62,467 nt of DNA from a virus. Taxonomy: Duplodnaviria; Caudoviricetes. This document shows, piece after piece, positions 30,995-41,856 of the stretch. The number at the start of each line of letters is the position of its first letter. The stretch's first letter is position 1. Both the position numbers and the translations under genes were made by a program. The notes beneath the pieces are model-generated. The model was not told the DNA's origin, searched no databases, and was given only the letters and a program-made list of their open reading frames with translations. The DNA is taken from the IMG/VR virus record IMGVR_UViG_3300030012_003842, positions 1 to 62,467 of that record; one strand, written 5' to 3'.

Positions 30995-31786
30995 ATGAGT
31001 TTACAAAATTATACATTAACATATAAACCAGAGAATGACGGATGGCCTTCGTTTTATTCATTCATACCCGAATATATAATAGGTATGAATGCCTACTTAT
31101 ATACTTTTAAAAACGGCAATCTATATAGGCACAACACAAATGTAAACCGTAATGAATATTACAATGTATCAGGTACGTTAGCTCCATCCACTTTGACAAG
31201 TGTATTTAATCCAGAGCCAACCTTATCTATAAAATTATTTAAAACATTATCTTTTGAGAGTAATGCTGCTTGGGATTGCACCAATCTATTAACTGATTTG
31301 AGTCAAGGTGATGTCGATGAAATACATTTTGAACAGAAAGAAGGAGAATGGTATGCTTATGTAAGACACCTTGAAGGTGTAACTGATTTCACTTTGCGTT
31401 ATGCAAATGGTTTAGGTACAGTAAGTATCGCTCCAACTGGACCAGCAACAGCAAGAGTTGTAACTTTAGGTCAACCTATTGGTAACATAGTAAGCATAGG
31501 AGCTGTGATATATACGTTAGTTCAAGGACAAACACCAGCTGTAGCAGGAACAATAATAGGTATAGATAGAAATGCAAACACTATTACAGTAAATGAAACA
31601 ATACCTACAGGACCTCCAGCTCCAGTGGGACCAGTCAATGGAGATTTTATTTTATTTACAAACAACACGGTAGCTGAATCATACGGAATGAGAGGTTATT
31701 TTATGGAATTTACTTTGTCCAACAACGACACTACACCTGTAGAGCTATTCTCAGTGGGTAGTAGTGTGATGAAAAGTTTTCCATAG
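30995..31786 (+). CDS. Tail protein resembling the C-terminal part of stabilization proteins
   Basis: YTLTY...GWPSFYSFIPE...YTFKNG, FEQKEGEW, VELFSVGS; start moved to ATG 30995. Confidence 0.6.
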   Translation: MSLQNYTLTYKPENDGWPSFYSFIPEYIIGMNAYLYTFKNGNLYRHNTNVNRNEYYNVSGTLAPSTLTSVFNPEPTLSIKLFKTLSFESNAAWDCTNLLTDLSQGDVDEIHFEQKEGEWYAYVRHLEGVTDFTLRYANGLGTVSIAPTGPATARVVTLGQPIGNIVSIGAVIYTLVQGQTPAVAGTIIGIDRNANTITVNETIPTGPPAPVGPVNGDFILFTNNTVAESYGMRGYFMEFTLSNNDTTPVELFSVGSSVMKSFP

Positions 31787-31794
31787 AAATTTAT

Positions 31795-31802
31795 TATCTT
31801 TG
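31795..31802 (+). promoter_or_regulatory. Bacteroidota -7 promoter element
   Basis: AAATTTAT-TATCTTTG, the same context as 56480-56495. Confidence 0.55.
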
Positions 31803-31820
31803 TCTGAAATAGTATACAAC

Positions 31821-32354
31821 ATGCAAGAATCTTTGGTAACTAAGGAATATAAACCAGAAGATATATTACATGCTGTCCACTATAACAAAGGTATTTTATG
31901 GGATAAGATAACTGCATTTCGTAAACAAATATCTGTTTTAGAAGGAGCAGCTACTCATGAGGTAGGAAAACCACAGGAAGAATTAATGCAGAAACATTAT
32001 CCGTTGAAGCATCACATGAAAGGTGGTTTATATACCAGAGAAATATTTATGCCGAAGGGACATTTGATTGTTTCGTTTATACATAAACAACATCATCCGT
32101 CTTTTTTACTTCAGGGTAAGGTTTCTTTTTTGAATGATGAAGGTAAAGTAATTACTATTGAGGCACCACGTACGGTGTTTACACAGGTGGGAACACAAAG
32201 AATATTTTACGTTCATGAAGACACAAAATGGGTGTGTGTATATAAGACAGATGCAAAAACAGTAGAGGAAGCAGAAAAAGAAATATATGCGGTAAGCTAT
32301 AAAGAGCTACCGAAAAAAGTAATTAATAAATTTTTAAAACTATGTCAGGAGTAA
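31821..32354 (+). CDS. Cupin-like protein
   Basis: HHMKGGLYTREIFMPKG...IHKQHH...APRTVFT...HEDTKW; probable start at ATG 31821. Confidence 0.6.
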   Translation: MQESLVTKEYKPEDILHAVHYNKGILWDKITAFRKQISVLEGAATHEVGKPQEELMQKHYPLKHHMKGGLYTREIFMPKGHLIVSFIHKQHHPSFLLQGKVSFLNDEGKVITIEAPRTVFTQVGTQRIFYVHEDTKWVCVYKTDAKTVEEAEKEIYAVSYKELPKKVINKFLKLCQE

Positions 32355-33187
32355 TAGCAGCAATAGGACTTGGTTTATCTGCAGTAGGTTCAGGAGTTAG
32401 TTTCGCTCAAGCTGCTAAGGCAAGGCGTGAACAAAGAAAAGCTCAGAACGAACAAAAAAAATTAATGCAGAAAGCTAAGCAGCGAGCTGAGAAAAACTTT
32501 TACGATACATTAAACGTGCCTATAGATGCGTTTGAGAATCAGTTTAAACAGAACCAACAAGTAGCAGCACAAGCATTATCAGCCTTACAAGAAGGTGATG
32601 CAAGAAACTTAGCGGCTGGTGTTGGTGGTTTACAAGCTGCCGCATCACAAGCGAATGAAGCTGTTCGTACAGGTATGCAAGACGCCTTATATCAAAATCA
32701 AAAGATGAAGGTTGAAGCTAAGGATAGAATCAACCAACAACTTATTGATATGGAGGTAGGCGCAGCTGCCGACCAAGCTCAATTAGCAAGAGACTATGGA
32801 AGAGATGAAGCTGCTGGTATACAAGGTGGTATCACAGCTGCAGCACAAGCTGCTCAATCAGCATCACAGTTAGTTCCTTTATTTAGTGCAAGTAAAGCTG
32901 ACAGAGCTGCGTCATCATTAGATGAAGCATTTGGTACAGGAGATGAATTAGGTAAAACTACTGGTGAGGGTGGAACTGGAATGACAAGTCAACAAAGATT
33001 AAATAAATTATCTGGTTATAATTTTACACCGAGAGAAATTAGACAATTAACTCGAGGTGGTAGGCTTGATGTAGACGCATTCAAAACTTTTGTTACTGGA
33101 ACAGACGATAGGTTTAAAGACCTACAACAGGGTATTGGTGCTGTTACTGATTTAGCTTCACTACAAAAATTACTTTACGGATATTAA
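32342..33187 (+). CDS. Probable internal virion/ejection protein
   Basis: Gly/Ala hydrophobic N-terminus and Gln/Ala-rich coiled coils; position after tail genes. Confidence 0.55.
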   Translation: MSGVIAAIGLGLSAVGSGVSFAQAAKARREQRKAQNEQKKLMQKAKQRAEKNFYDTLNVPIDAFENQFKQNQQVAAQALSALQEGDARNLAAGVGGLQAAASQANEAVRTGMQDALYQNQKMKVEAKDRINQQLIDMEVGAAADQAQLARDYGRDEAAGIQGGITAAAQAAQSASQLVPLFSASKADRAASSLDEAFGTGDELGKTTGEGGTGMTSQQRLNKLSGYNFTPREIRQLTRGGRLDVDAFKTFVTGTDDRFKDLQQGIGAVTDLASLQKLLYGY

Positions 33188-33196
33188 AATTAGGCT

Positions 33197-35281
33197 ATGG
33201 CTGAGAACGTAACAAACAAGAATAAACCTACTGCCTCTAATAAATATTCTCTTTACGCTGGTAGAGAGGAAGCTGTAAATTGGGGACAAGTTGCTGTAAA
33301 CCTTACTAAAGGTTTAGAAACAATTAGAGACCAACGAGCTGCAGCTAAACAAAAAATTATAGATGACACTAACGCAGCAATGAATGAGCTTAGTGAAATC
33401 GCTGACGTTCAGTCAGGCTCAATGAACACTCTGCTTATAGATGGTTCAGACTTTTCAAAAAATACTTTACAAGCAAACATGGATTTAGTTAGACGTGGTC
33501 TTTTAGACCCGAAGGATTACATGTTAATTATGCAACAGCAAAAAGATGGTTACAAAACTTTAAGTAACTATGCAAAAAATTATGATGCCAAATATCAAGA
33601 GGGCATGGCAAGGATACAGGACGGTTCTGCTTCAAACTTAGAAGAATATTTTAGAAGCACAGGCTTTAGTTTTGGTAATGTAAAAAATAAAAAGCTTTGG
33701 ACAGACCCTGCAACAGGTGAATTGTTTTTAGTTGAAATGCAGGATGATGGTAATGGAAACTTTACTTTACCTGATAGAGCTACAAATCCTGGTGCTTTTC
33801 AATCTCCATCTTCTATGGTGAACATGATTGCCTTCCAAGAAAACTCAAGAAATTTAAGTGAGGATGTAAAAAATATGGTAACCGCTAATTTAGCAGAGGT
33901 GGTTACTTCTACTATAAGTTCGTATACTGTTTTATCAGGAGGTAAAGATGTTAAAAGTATTGAAGACTTTAGACAGTTGTTTGATGATGTTGAAGGTGAA
34001 GGCTTTACTGATGCCCAGGGAAATAAAATGACATTCGATGATTGGATGGGTCAACAAGCTAAAGCAGTTGTAGGAAATGCAAATGGTGCTGCAGAATATT
34101 TGATGAACGCAAATATGGGTTATTATTTTACTGATGATGAAAACGTAGCAAAAAAAGATAAGCTTGCAATTTTAACTAAAACTGATGGTGGACCACCACA
34201 AGTTACTATATCTGATGAGCAAATGAATGTAGCAGAAAATTTAGCTAAGAATGCAATAAACTCTCAGTTAGATATGGTCGTTAAAAATAACGCTGGTCTT
34301 GGTGGTCAACAAGAGTCAGGAACTGGTGCAGGTGAAAGAAAAGAAAATGAAACCACTGCTGGATATATTTCAGACTTGAATACTGTATTAACAGGTGATG
34401 TAGCTACAGCTAAACAAACCTTACAAGGTTTAATTGAAACCAGAAACGTACAGAATAAAGCTAATAACCAACCTACGATTGATGGATTTGATATGACGGA
34501 AGATTTCATTATATTCTACATGAGTGACGGCAATAACATTAGAAGAGAAAGAGGAACGTTTGATGACCCAGATACTACAGATGATGAAACAAGTAAGACT
34601 TCAATATCGCAAGACATTGCAGGTATCTATGATGTATTAGTACCTGGTGGACAAGGAGTTAAAACTGGATTGTCCGACCAACAAATATTTGATTTCATCA
34701 AAGAGCAGAAAATAAATATTGGTACAGAAGCTGGCGAAGGATTTGGTATTGGTGAGTCAATAACTGAGGTAGATAATATTGGAACTACAACTCAAAAGAA
34801 ATTTGCTGATAATACTACTGGTACTATATTAAGTATAGTTGATGATGATATAGGTGACACAGTTAATAGAGTTAGTGATACTGACGAGCAGGTTAAGAAC
34901 GTATTACAAAAATCATTTACTAATTTCCAAACTAAATCATCAAGACTAAACCAACAAAGAGCTGGTATAACTGACCTTAAATTCAACAATCTTGAGGATG
35001 ATGAAGTTTCAATTACATTCATGATGAATGGTAAGGAGCAAACTATAAAAGTAGGAGATAAAATTTCTGCAAATGGAACTACAAAAGAAACAATAGCACA
35101 GGCTATTGCAGATGCTATAAATAAATTTAACAAGATAGCATACGATGAAGCAACTAAAAAAGGTGGTTCAAGAGGTGCAAGAAAGACGTTTAAAGATTGG
35201 CAAGTAGATAATCCAAAAGAAGAAGGTGAGTCGTTCCAAGATTATGTTAAGAGATATTATAATAGCTATACCTTAAATTAA
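33197..35281 (+). CDS. Probable internal virion/ejection protein
   Basis: 694 aa; position between the small and giant ejection-like genes. Confidence 0.5.
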   Translation: MAENVTNKNKPTASNKYSLYAGREEAVNWGQVAVNLTKGLETIRDQRAAAKQKIIDDTNAAMNELSEIADVQSGSMNTLLIDGSDFSKNTLQANMDLVRRGLLDPKDYMLIMQQQKDGYKTLSNYAKNYDAKYQEGMARIQDGSASNLEEYFRSTGFSFGNVKNKKLWTDPATGELFLVEMQDDGNGNFTLPDRATNPGAFQSPSSMVNMIAFQENSRNLSEDVKNMVTANLAEVVTSTISSYTVLSGGKDVKSIEDFRQLFDDVEGEGFTDAQGNKMTFDDWMGQQAKAVVGNANGAAEYLMNANMGYYFTDDENVAKKDKLAILTKTDGGPPQVTISDEQMNVAENLAKNAINSQLDMVVKNNAGLGGQQESGTGAGERKENETTAGYISDLNTVLTGDVATAKQTLQGLIETRNVQNKANNQPTIDGFDMTEDFIIFYMSDGNNIRRERGTFDDPDTTDDETSKTSISQDIAGIYDVLVPGGQGVKTGLSDQQIFDFIKEQKINIGTEAGEGFGIGESITEVDNIGTTTQKKFADNTTGTILSIVDDDIGDTVNRVSDTDEQVKNVLQKSFTNFQTKSSRLNQQRAGITDLKFNNLEDDEVSITFMMNGKEQTIKVGDKISANGTTKETIAQAIADAINKFNKIAYDEATKKGGSRGARKTFKDWQVDNPKEEGESFQDYVKRYYNSYTLN

Positions 35282-38200
35282 TGGAGAAAGAAGAATTATA
35301 CGAATCATTATTTACCTTGATACCTGAAGGTATGTTTGCCGATGCTGATGAGCTCGGTGAGCTTATTGAAGATGAAGGGTTAGAAGCAATATACCCACTG
35401 ATACCAGAGGGTATGTTTGAAGATGAAGAAGAATTTCTTGCAACCTTTGGAGGTGAAAAAAAAAAAGACTCTCCTTCAGCTGGTCCTACCCCTTCTACGG
35501 AATCTCCTATCGAACAACCTACCGAAACTGGCGAAGAAAACATATTCGCTGTGGACTATGGTGTAGATACCCAGGTCGATAATCAAGTTGACTTTGGTGC
35601 ACCTGCACAACAACCTCCCCCAATCACAGACCCTGTGGGTACAAAGTTTGGAGCTAACGTAGATGCTGCAGAGAAAAACACCTGGCTTGAAGAGATGCTT
35701 GGTAAGAACGAAGTCACAGATTTTTTTGGAGATATATATAGAGCAGCGGCTCAAGGTATAGGCCAAGGTGCTACGATTGATGATGCACGAAGACTATTTA
35801 TGTCAGGTAGCGATACCTCCGAAGAGGATGTACAAAAATATATAGCTGCTGTACAGAGGATGGATAACTACGCTATGTCTGATGAAATGAAATCTTTCAA
35901 TAGAATTTATGAAGCGAATGGTGGAGGATTGATGGGATTTATTTTAGGTGTGGGTGAAAACCCTACAGTGCTTGGACAGTTATTTGTTTCCTCGGTTCTA
36001 TCAATGGTAAATCCTGATGTAATCGCAGGAGCAGGTGTAATAGGACTTGCGGGAGCAGGAGTTGGTAGCTTAGCTGCAGGAGGAGCCGCAAGTATTGGTG
36101 GTCCTATAGGCACAGCATTAGGTGCCGTAGGTGGAGCTGCAGGTGGTGGTATATCTGGAGCTATATTAGGAGCCAGTGCTACACTTGAAACTGGTTTAGC
36201 TTTCACTGAATTTATGAAAGAAGAAGTAGAGAAAGCTGGATTAAAGTTTGATGCAGAAGGAGTAAAAACTATTTTAAATAATCCTGATGCCTTACAACGT
36301 ATTAGAAATAAAGCTATGGCAAGAGGTATTGTTATAGGTGGTATAGATGCGTTTACAAGAGGAGCTGCAAGTAAATTAGCAGGAGCTCCAATAAAAGCAG
36401 CTAAAGCTGCAGATAAAACTATATCAAAAGGAATGAAAGCAAGAGCTGCTTTGACAGCGGCTGGAATAGAAGCTGTAGGAGGTTCAACGGGTGAAGCTAC
36501 CGCAAGAGCTGTTACTGGACAAGAACAAGATACAGCTGAGATTTTATTTGAAGGTGTGACTGGACAAGCTTCTTCAGTGTTGTCAGTTCCTCAAGCTGTC
36601 AGTGGTATGAGCTTAACAGATATAGGAAGGAACATGGTAGGTAAAGGTAAAAACTTTTTTAAACCACCAAGCTATGGATATCTAACAAAGAAGGGCACTA
36701 AAATGTTAATGAGTAAGCAAGACGTTGAAGCTGCTATAGATACCATGACTGACCAAGAAATAATAGACTCACAGTTTGTTATTGAAAATGATACAGCTCT
36801 CGAACAAAAATATGAGAACAGAAGACAGGAGGCTAACCTGAATCAGCAGACTCCTGATAATTTAAAAGGAGAAAGAAGAAAAAGATATATAGAATTACTT
36901 CAGGAAAAATCTAACATGGAAAACCCAGACACTCCTGAAAATAAAGAAAGATTAAAAGCTATAGATGAAGAGCTTGATGCTATTGTCAAAGAAGCAGAGA
37001 CTGATATAGGTGAGACTATAGACTTAGATGGTATAGAAAGATACTTCTCAGTAACACAATTAGAAGCAATACAAGCTTTAAAAGAAGAGGGTATTGATAA
37101 CCCTACTGATACGCAGGTTAAAAACAAACAAAAAGAATTGCTTAAATTAGCAATAGAAGCTGCCAAAAGAGCAGCTAAAGAAACAGTTGGTTTTAAAAAC
37201 ACGAAAGAGTTAGAGGATGAAGCAAAAGACCAATTAATATCAGAAGGTATATTAGAACCTACTGACCAACAAATAAAAGAAAGAGCTAATGCCATTCAAG
37301 AGTCAAGCGCAACGCAGGTGGATGTACAAGAATCTACCCCAGATAGCCCAGAAGTGGGAGAAGGAGACGCCCCAGGGGTCGTTACCCCAGAGAGTCAGAC
37401 CCAAGAGCAGGTTGCTGACCAGCCTATTGAGACGCAAACGCAAGAGGAAATAAGTGTAAACATTGCACCGTTCTATGAGACCAGTATAGAATCTACAAAT
37501 GAAGCAGCTGGTCTAAGAAAATCTCCACAATACGAACAGTATAAACAAGGTATTCAAGATACAGCTAACGAGCTGGGTATTGAAATAGAAATTGATGAAG
37601 GAGTTGGTGGTTATGTAAATGATGCAGGAAAAAAGATTAGAGAGATTAGTAATGTAGTTAGATTAAAGAAAGCTACACTACAACAAGCTGCGGAGTTTGC
37701 TTCTATGTTAGCAGCATTATCACCTGAAGTACAAGAGTCAAGTATAGCGGCTGAGTATGTTGCAGACGATTCACCAGGCGTTACTGGACAGGAATATACA
37801 TTAGAAGTATCAGATGCAGAAGGCACTTTTCAAGCATTGAAAGAAGTAGGTATTGATGAATATACTTTGAATGAATCAAATAATTTATTAACTTTGTTCA
37901 AGTTTAATGACGCTACAGAGGTAGATGTCTTAAATAAACTTAAGCAATTAAAAGAAAATTTAGATGGCAGAAACATCCAATATACCGCAAAAGCAAGGGA
38001 ATCAATCAAAAGTGAATATATCACAGTTGAGGAAAGAAAATCCTTTCTTACAACTCTTCGAAGGAATCTCATCAACCAAGGCAAAGAGGGGACAAACCTT
38101 TATAAGAAGGTCATCTCAGCGATAAACAGAGACGCAGAGAATCAAGGCATATCCCCTAACGAATACATCGGTTCACCAACAGCACCTGAAGTTACAGCTG

Positions 38201-41200
38201 ACCCAAACAGGGTACAATCAATTATAAATGATATAATTAAAAAGACTAAGAGTAGAAAGGTAGGTGAAAGTACAAGCCCAAAAAAAATACTTGATAATAC
38301 TTTAAAGTATTTACAGAACTCAAAACTTTATCAACAACTTAATGATACAGAAAGAAACCAGTTAGTCAGAGAACTAAATGAAAAGCTTGGTATAAAAATT
38401 AAGAAAGCTCCAAGTGTTAAAAAGATACTTGGTAAACCTAAAGATAAAAAGGTTGTAGTAAATGAAAGAGTAGCACTTAAAGACCAGATAAGAAAAGAAG
38501 CTAAAGCTGCAAGAGAATCAGCAGCTGCTTATAAAAAATCTTTAAAGAATATAGCTGCACAGATAACAGGTTTTGGTAAGAAGCTCGGTAAAATATCTAC
38601 AAGTAAAGTAAATGCAATTACAAAAAGGTTTGCAAACGTTAACCTTAATAGTAAAAAATCAGTAGATAACTTCCTTACGTTTGTTGACAATGTATTTACT
38701 AAAGCAGATTACTTAACTAAACTAAAGACAGCAAGAACATTTGCACGTAAAGCAAAGAAACAAGTAGGAGGAGCGAAGACTGGTGCGCTACCAGTTGATT
38801 TAAAAACAGCATTAGAAACTTTATTCAGTGTTGATATAAGCTTAGTGCCTGAAGCTCAGTTAGATTCTTATATTGAATTAGCAAGAGAGTATGGTTCAGG
38901 TAAAAAAGTTTTAGACTTAAGACCAGCTGAAGAAACAATGCCAATCATATTAGATGTATTGAATGCGGTAGAAGAAAACATGAATGGTCTAAATCAAGAA
39001 GTAATTGAATCAACGCCAGCTGAAATAGATGTGGATGCTGAGGTAAGTGAGATTGTTGGATTACAAAAAGAAATATCTAATAGTGAGGTAAACAACATAG
39101 CAAACCCAAGAGCAAGGGAAGATGCAAGAACTCTAAGAGGATTAACACCAAAACAAATTTTTTCTTTAGCAAGAAAAAAGAAAGATGGCACTATTGATTA
39201 TAGTAATATTAGATTACTTAACCAGGTATTAAAAAATATTAAGAATGGATTTGCTGGTAAATCAGTGACTGATTTAGTAACCCGTTTAAACGCAGTGGAG
39301 GCAGCTGAGGCTATCAATCCAAAAATAAAAAAATTAAGTTTTAAAAAAATACAGACTGGTCTTACTGATATCTATAGTAAAACAAAATCATTGTTAACTA
39401 AGAGAGGTTCTGTAACAGAAAGAATTAGAAACCTATCTACGTTTTTTGTTGATGATGTGTTAGGAAACTTTAATAGCAAACTTATATATAATAATACATT
39501 TGGTAAACTGGCTCGTGCATACGAAACTTATAAATCCAAAGTTGCTAAAATAGAAGCAATGATTGATGCAGCTGACCAGATATTATTCTCTGACTCTGGA
39601 AGAAAATTAATTAGCTTGTCAAGAAATGCTGTAGTTAAAAAGAAATACAAGCTAAGAATATTACAACTACAAAGAGAACACCAATCAAACATGGTAGACG
39701 GAAAACCAAATCCGAAAGCTCCTTCAGCTATTGACTTTATAAACTCAACCATTGAAGCTATAGTTGACGGTAAGATATTAAGTCAAATGGATGCTGATAT
39801 TTTAAATGAATTGAAAACAGAGTTTGAAGTAGATGGTCAAATAAGTTTAGAAAAATTAGAGAACTCATTGACTGCAAAAGAAAAGAAAGCCCTGGCATTA
39901 TATGATGAAGCTAATGGTTCATTAGCAGCTGAGGCTGAATTTATATCAGCCAATCTACATGGTAATAAAATTAATTTATTAAATAATTACACACACCATG
40001 CAGTGTTACAAAGTAAAGATGGAAGTTCAGAAACAGTTTTACAAAAACTGAAACGTTTTCAAAATGTATTAGACACTAAATCAGGAACAGTGGTTGAAAG
40101 AACTAACGGTGCAAAACCTATTAGTTTTGACCCTGGATATTCTGCAATCAGAGGGGCACAAGAAACGTTTTTAGATTTTGAAATGACACAGGCTATGAGA
40201 GAGGTTGACATGACCATAAATGAATTAGAAGCAGCAATGAAAGAGGAAGGAACTAAAGACGCATTAACAGGTGTAAGAGCTCTTAAGAAAGCTAAAGATG
40301 AAATAGTTCAAACAATATTTAAAGGTTCGTTTAGTGATATGACTGGAGGTGGCATATTAAATCTCAAGGTACAAAGGTTAGGTTATCAAGCAGCATTAGC
40401 CTCTATACCAAGGGCAGTTGCTGAAGTCATGGCAAACTTATTTGTTATGGCTACAAGTCCTAAAATAGCATTAAGAGGGTTTGGTAGGTTTGGTAAATTT
40501 GTAGCGAATCCAAAGAAAGTAAACGAGGCTGTTGATGCTATGACCGCATTGAACTCTTCACAAACAAGTAAGATGTTTGATACTGATGCTTTATCATCTA
40601 AGCATTCACAGATGGTAGACTACGGAGGAAGGTCTTCCAGGGACGGTGCAGCTGTTAGTAGAATGGAAAACTTATTCGGTGAGCTTTTAAAATATACAGG
40701 TGTAAAATCAGTAGCAAAACTTACAGACAAAGTTGCATCAAAAATTATTACATTCCCTGACCAAATGATGGCAAGACCATTATGGTTTGGTTCCTGGGCC
40801 ACAGCTTTCGAAGCACAGGTAAAAAAAGAAACAGGTAAAACTATTAAAATAACCTCACAAGACTTTAGTAAAATCGCTGATGGCACATCAGAATATTTAA
40901 GTCCTGAGTATAAGAAAGCAAGAGATATAGCTACCGCAAGAGCTGATGCAAAAACAATTACGTTAGCCACATCTAATAATCCATTTGATAGTATTATTAA
41001 GAACATGAGAAGAGTTGATGACTCTACTCGTATGTCTTTATATAGAATGGCTAACTCTTATATGGCTCGATTTAGTTTATATGAATATGGTACAGCACGA
41101 AATGCTATACTTGCTATGTTTAAAAAAGGTGACATGGATAAAACACAAGCAGCAGCTTTACTTGCTGGTGTCACAATGAGAATGAGTGCGTACATGGTTG

Positions 41201-41856
41201 TATACAGCACACTTACAAGCTTGTTAGATGATGAGTTGTTTGATGCTGAAGACTATAGAGATGATGATTTGGAAGATGTAATGGCAAGACAAATGATTGG
41301 GTCAGTGTTAACTTTAATAACCAGAGGTTCGTTAGGTAACTTACCTAACATACCATTATCTTTTGCTTTAGAGTATGGTATAAACGAACCTGCGCTTGGA
41401 GATTTAAGAGATAACAAAGAGTATGACCCATACTTCCATTCAATAGTATTTAGTTTAATTAACAAAGAAGACTTGTCTGGCCCACCAGAAGAAGTGTTTA
41501 TGGAAATAATGGCGGGTCCTTATGGTCCACTAATGAGAACACTATCAAGAATAGTAACTTTATCTTCAAGAGCTGTAACAAGTTCGAAAAGGGAAACAAG
41601 AAAGAGAGCAGAAGATGAGTTGTTAGAACGAATGACTATAGAGGTTATGGGTAATTTAGGTCTGCTTCCTTTTTATAAAGACATAAGAAGAATAATGTTG
41701 AAAGATAGGTTTGCAAAGAATCCAAACATACTTACACCAGCCCAAGAAAAATTATTAAGAGAGCAAGGTTTGTTGTATGGTGAAGATGATGATGTGTTAA
41801 GTGATGATGTTTTAGAAGGTGATACTATAGAATCTGATGATATACTTGAAGACTAA
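35281..41856 (+). CDS. Giant probable ejection/internal virion protein
   Basis: 2191 aa, Gly/Ala membrane-like segment, largely helical; last large gene of the late arm. Confidence 0.55.
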   Translation: MEKEELYESLFTLIPEGMFADADELGELIEDEGLEAIYPLIPEGMFEDEEEFLATFGGEKKKDSPSAGPTPSTESPIEQPTETGEENIFAVDYGVDTQVDNQVDFGAPAQQPPPITDPVGTKFGANVDAAEKNTWLEEMLGKNEVTDFFGDIYRAAAQGIGQGATIDDARRLFMSGSDTSEEDVQKYIAAVQRMDNYAMSDEMKSFNRIYEANGGGLMGFILGVGENPTVLGQLFVSSVLSMVNPDVIAGAGVIGLAGAGVGSLAAGGAASIGGPIGTALGAVGGAAGGGISGAILGASATLETGLAFTEFMKEEVEKAGLKFDAEGVKTILNNPDALQRIRNKAMARGIVIGGIDAFTRGAASKLAGAPIKAAKAADKTISKGMKARAALTAAGIEAVGGSTGEATARAVTGQEQDTAEILFEGVTGQASSVLSVPQAVSGMSLTDIGRNMVGKGKNFFKPPSYGYLTKKGTKMLMSKQDVEAAIDTMTDQEIIDSQFVIENDTALEQKYENRRQEANLNQQTPDNLKGERRKRYIELLQEKSNMENPDTPENKERLKAIDEELDAIVKEAETDIGETIDLDGIERYFSVTQLEAIQALKEEGIDNPTDTQVKNKQKELLKLAIEAAKRAAKETVGFKNTKELEDEAKDQLISEGILEPTDQQIKERANAIQESSATQVDVQESTPDSPEVGEGDAPGVVTPESQTQEQVADQPIETQTQEEISVNIAPFYETSIESTNEAAGLRKSPQYEQYKQGIQDTANELGIEIEIDEGVGGYVNDAGKKIREISNVVRLKKATLQQAAEFASMLAALSPEVQESSIAAEYVADDSPGVTGQEYTLEVSDAEGTFQALKEVGIDEYTLNESNNLLTLFKFNDATEVDVLNKLKQLKENLDGRNIQYTAKARESIKSEYITVEERKSFLTTLRRNLINQGKEGTNLYKKVISAINRDAENQGISPNEYIGSPTAPEVTADPNRVQSIINDIIKKTKSRKVGESTSPKKILDNTLKYLQNSKLYQQLNDTERNQLVRELNEKLGIKIKKAPSVKKILGKPKDKKVVVNERVALKDQIRKEAKAARESAAAYKKSLKNIAAQITGFGKKLGKISTSKVNAITKRFANVNLNSKKSVDNFLTFVDNVFTKADYLTKLKTARTFARKAKKQVGGAKTGALPVDLKTALETLFSVDISLVPEAQLDSYIELAREYGSGKKVLDLRPAEETMPIILDVLNAVEENMNGLNQEVIESTPAEIDVDAEVSEIVGLQKEISNSEVNNIANPRAREDARTLRGLTPKQIFSLARKKKDGTIDYSNIRLLNQVLKNIKNGFAGKSVTDLVTRLNAVEAAEAINPKIKKLSFKKIQTGLTDIYSKTKSLLTKRGSVTERIRNLSTFFVDDVLGNFNSKLIYNNTFGKLARAYETYKSKVAKIEAMIDAADQILFSDSGRKLISLSRNAVVKKKYKLRILQLQREHQSNMVDGKPNPKAPSAIDFINSTIEAIVDGKILSQMDADILNELKTEFEVDGQISLEKLENSLTAKEKKALALYDEANGSLAAEAEFISANLHGNKINLLNNYTHHAVLQSKDGSSETVLQKLKRFQNVLDTKSGTVVERTNGAKPISFDPGYSAIRGAQETFLDFEMTQAMREVDMTINELEAAMKEEGTKDALTGVRALKKAKDEIVQTIFKGSFSDMTGGGILNLKVQRLGYQAALASIPRAVAEVMANLFVMATSPKIALRGFGRFGKFVANPKKVNEAVDAMTALNSSQTSKMFDTDALSSKHSQMVDYGGRSSRDGAAVSRMENLFGELLKYTGVKSVAKLTDKVASKIITFPDQMMARPLWFGSWATAFEAQVKKETGKTIKITSQDFSKIADGTSEYLSPEYKKARDIATARADAKTITLATSNNPFDSIIKNMRRVDDSTRMSLYRMANSYMARFSLYEYGTARNAILAMFKKGDMDKTQAAALLAGVTMRMSAYMVVYSTLTSLLDDELFDAEDYRDDDLEDVMARQMIGSVLTLITRGSLGNLPNIPLSFALEYGINEPALGDLRDNKEYDPYFHSIVFSLINKEDLSGPPEEVFMEIMAGPYGPLMRTLSRIVTLSSRAVTSSKRETRKRAEDELLERMTIEVMGNLGLLPFYKDIRRIMLKDRFAKNPNILTPAQEKLLREQGLLYGEDDDVLSDDVLEGDTIESDDILED

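Noticed and set aside
5940-41465. Numerous minus-strand ORFs opposite structural genes, and plus-strand ORFs opposite replication genes
   Set aside because: Shadow ORFs fully overlapping well-supported genes, lacking leaders or motifs
35281-41856. crAss-type virion RNA polymerase
   Set aside because: I found no convincing DxDxD catalytic motif in a polymerase-like context; treated as an ejection protein pending structure search
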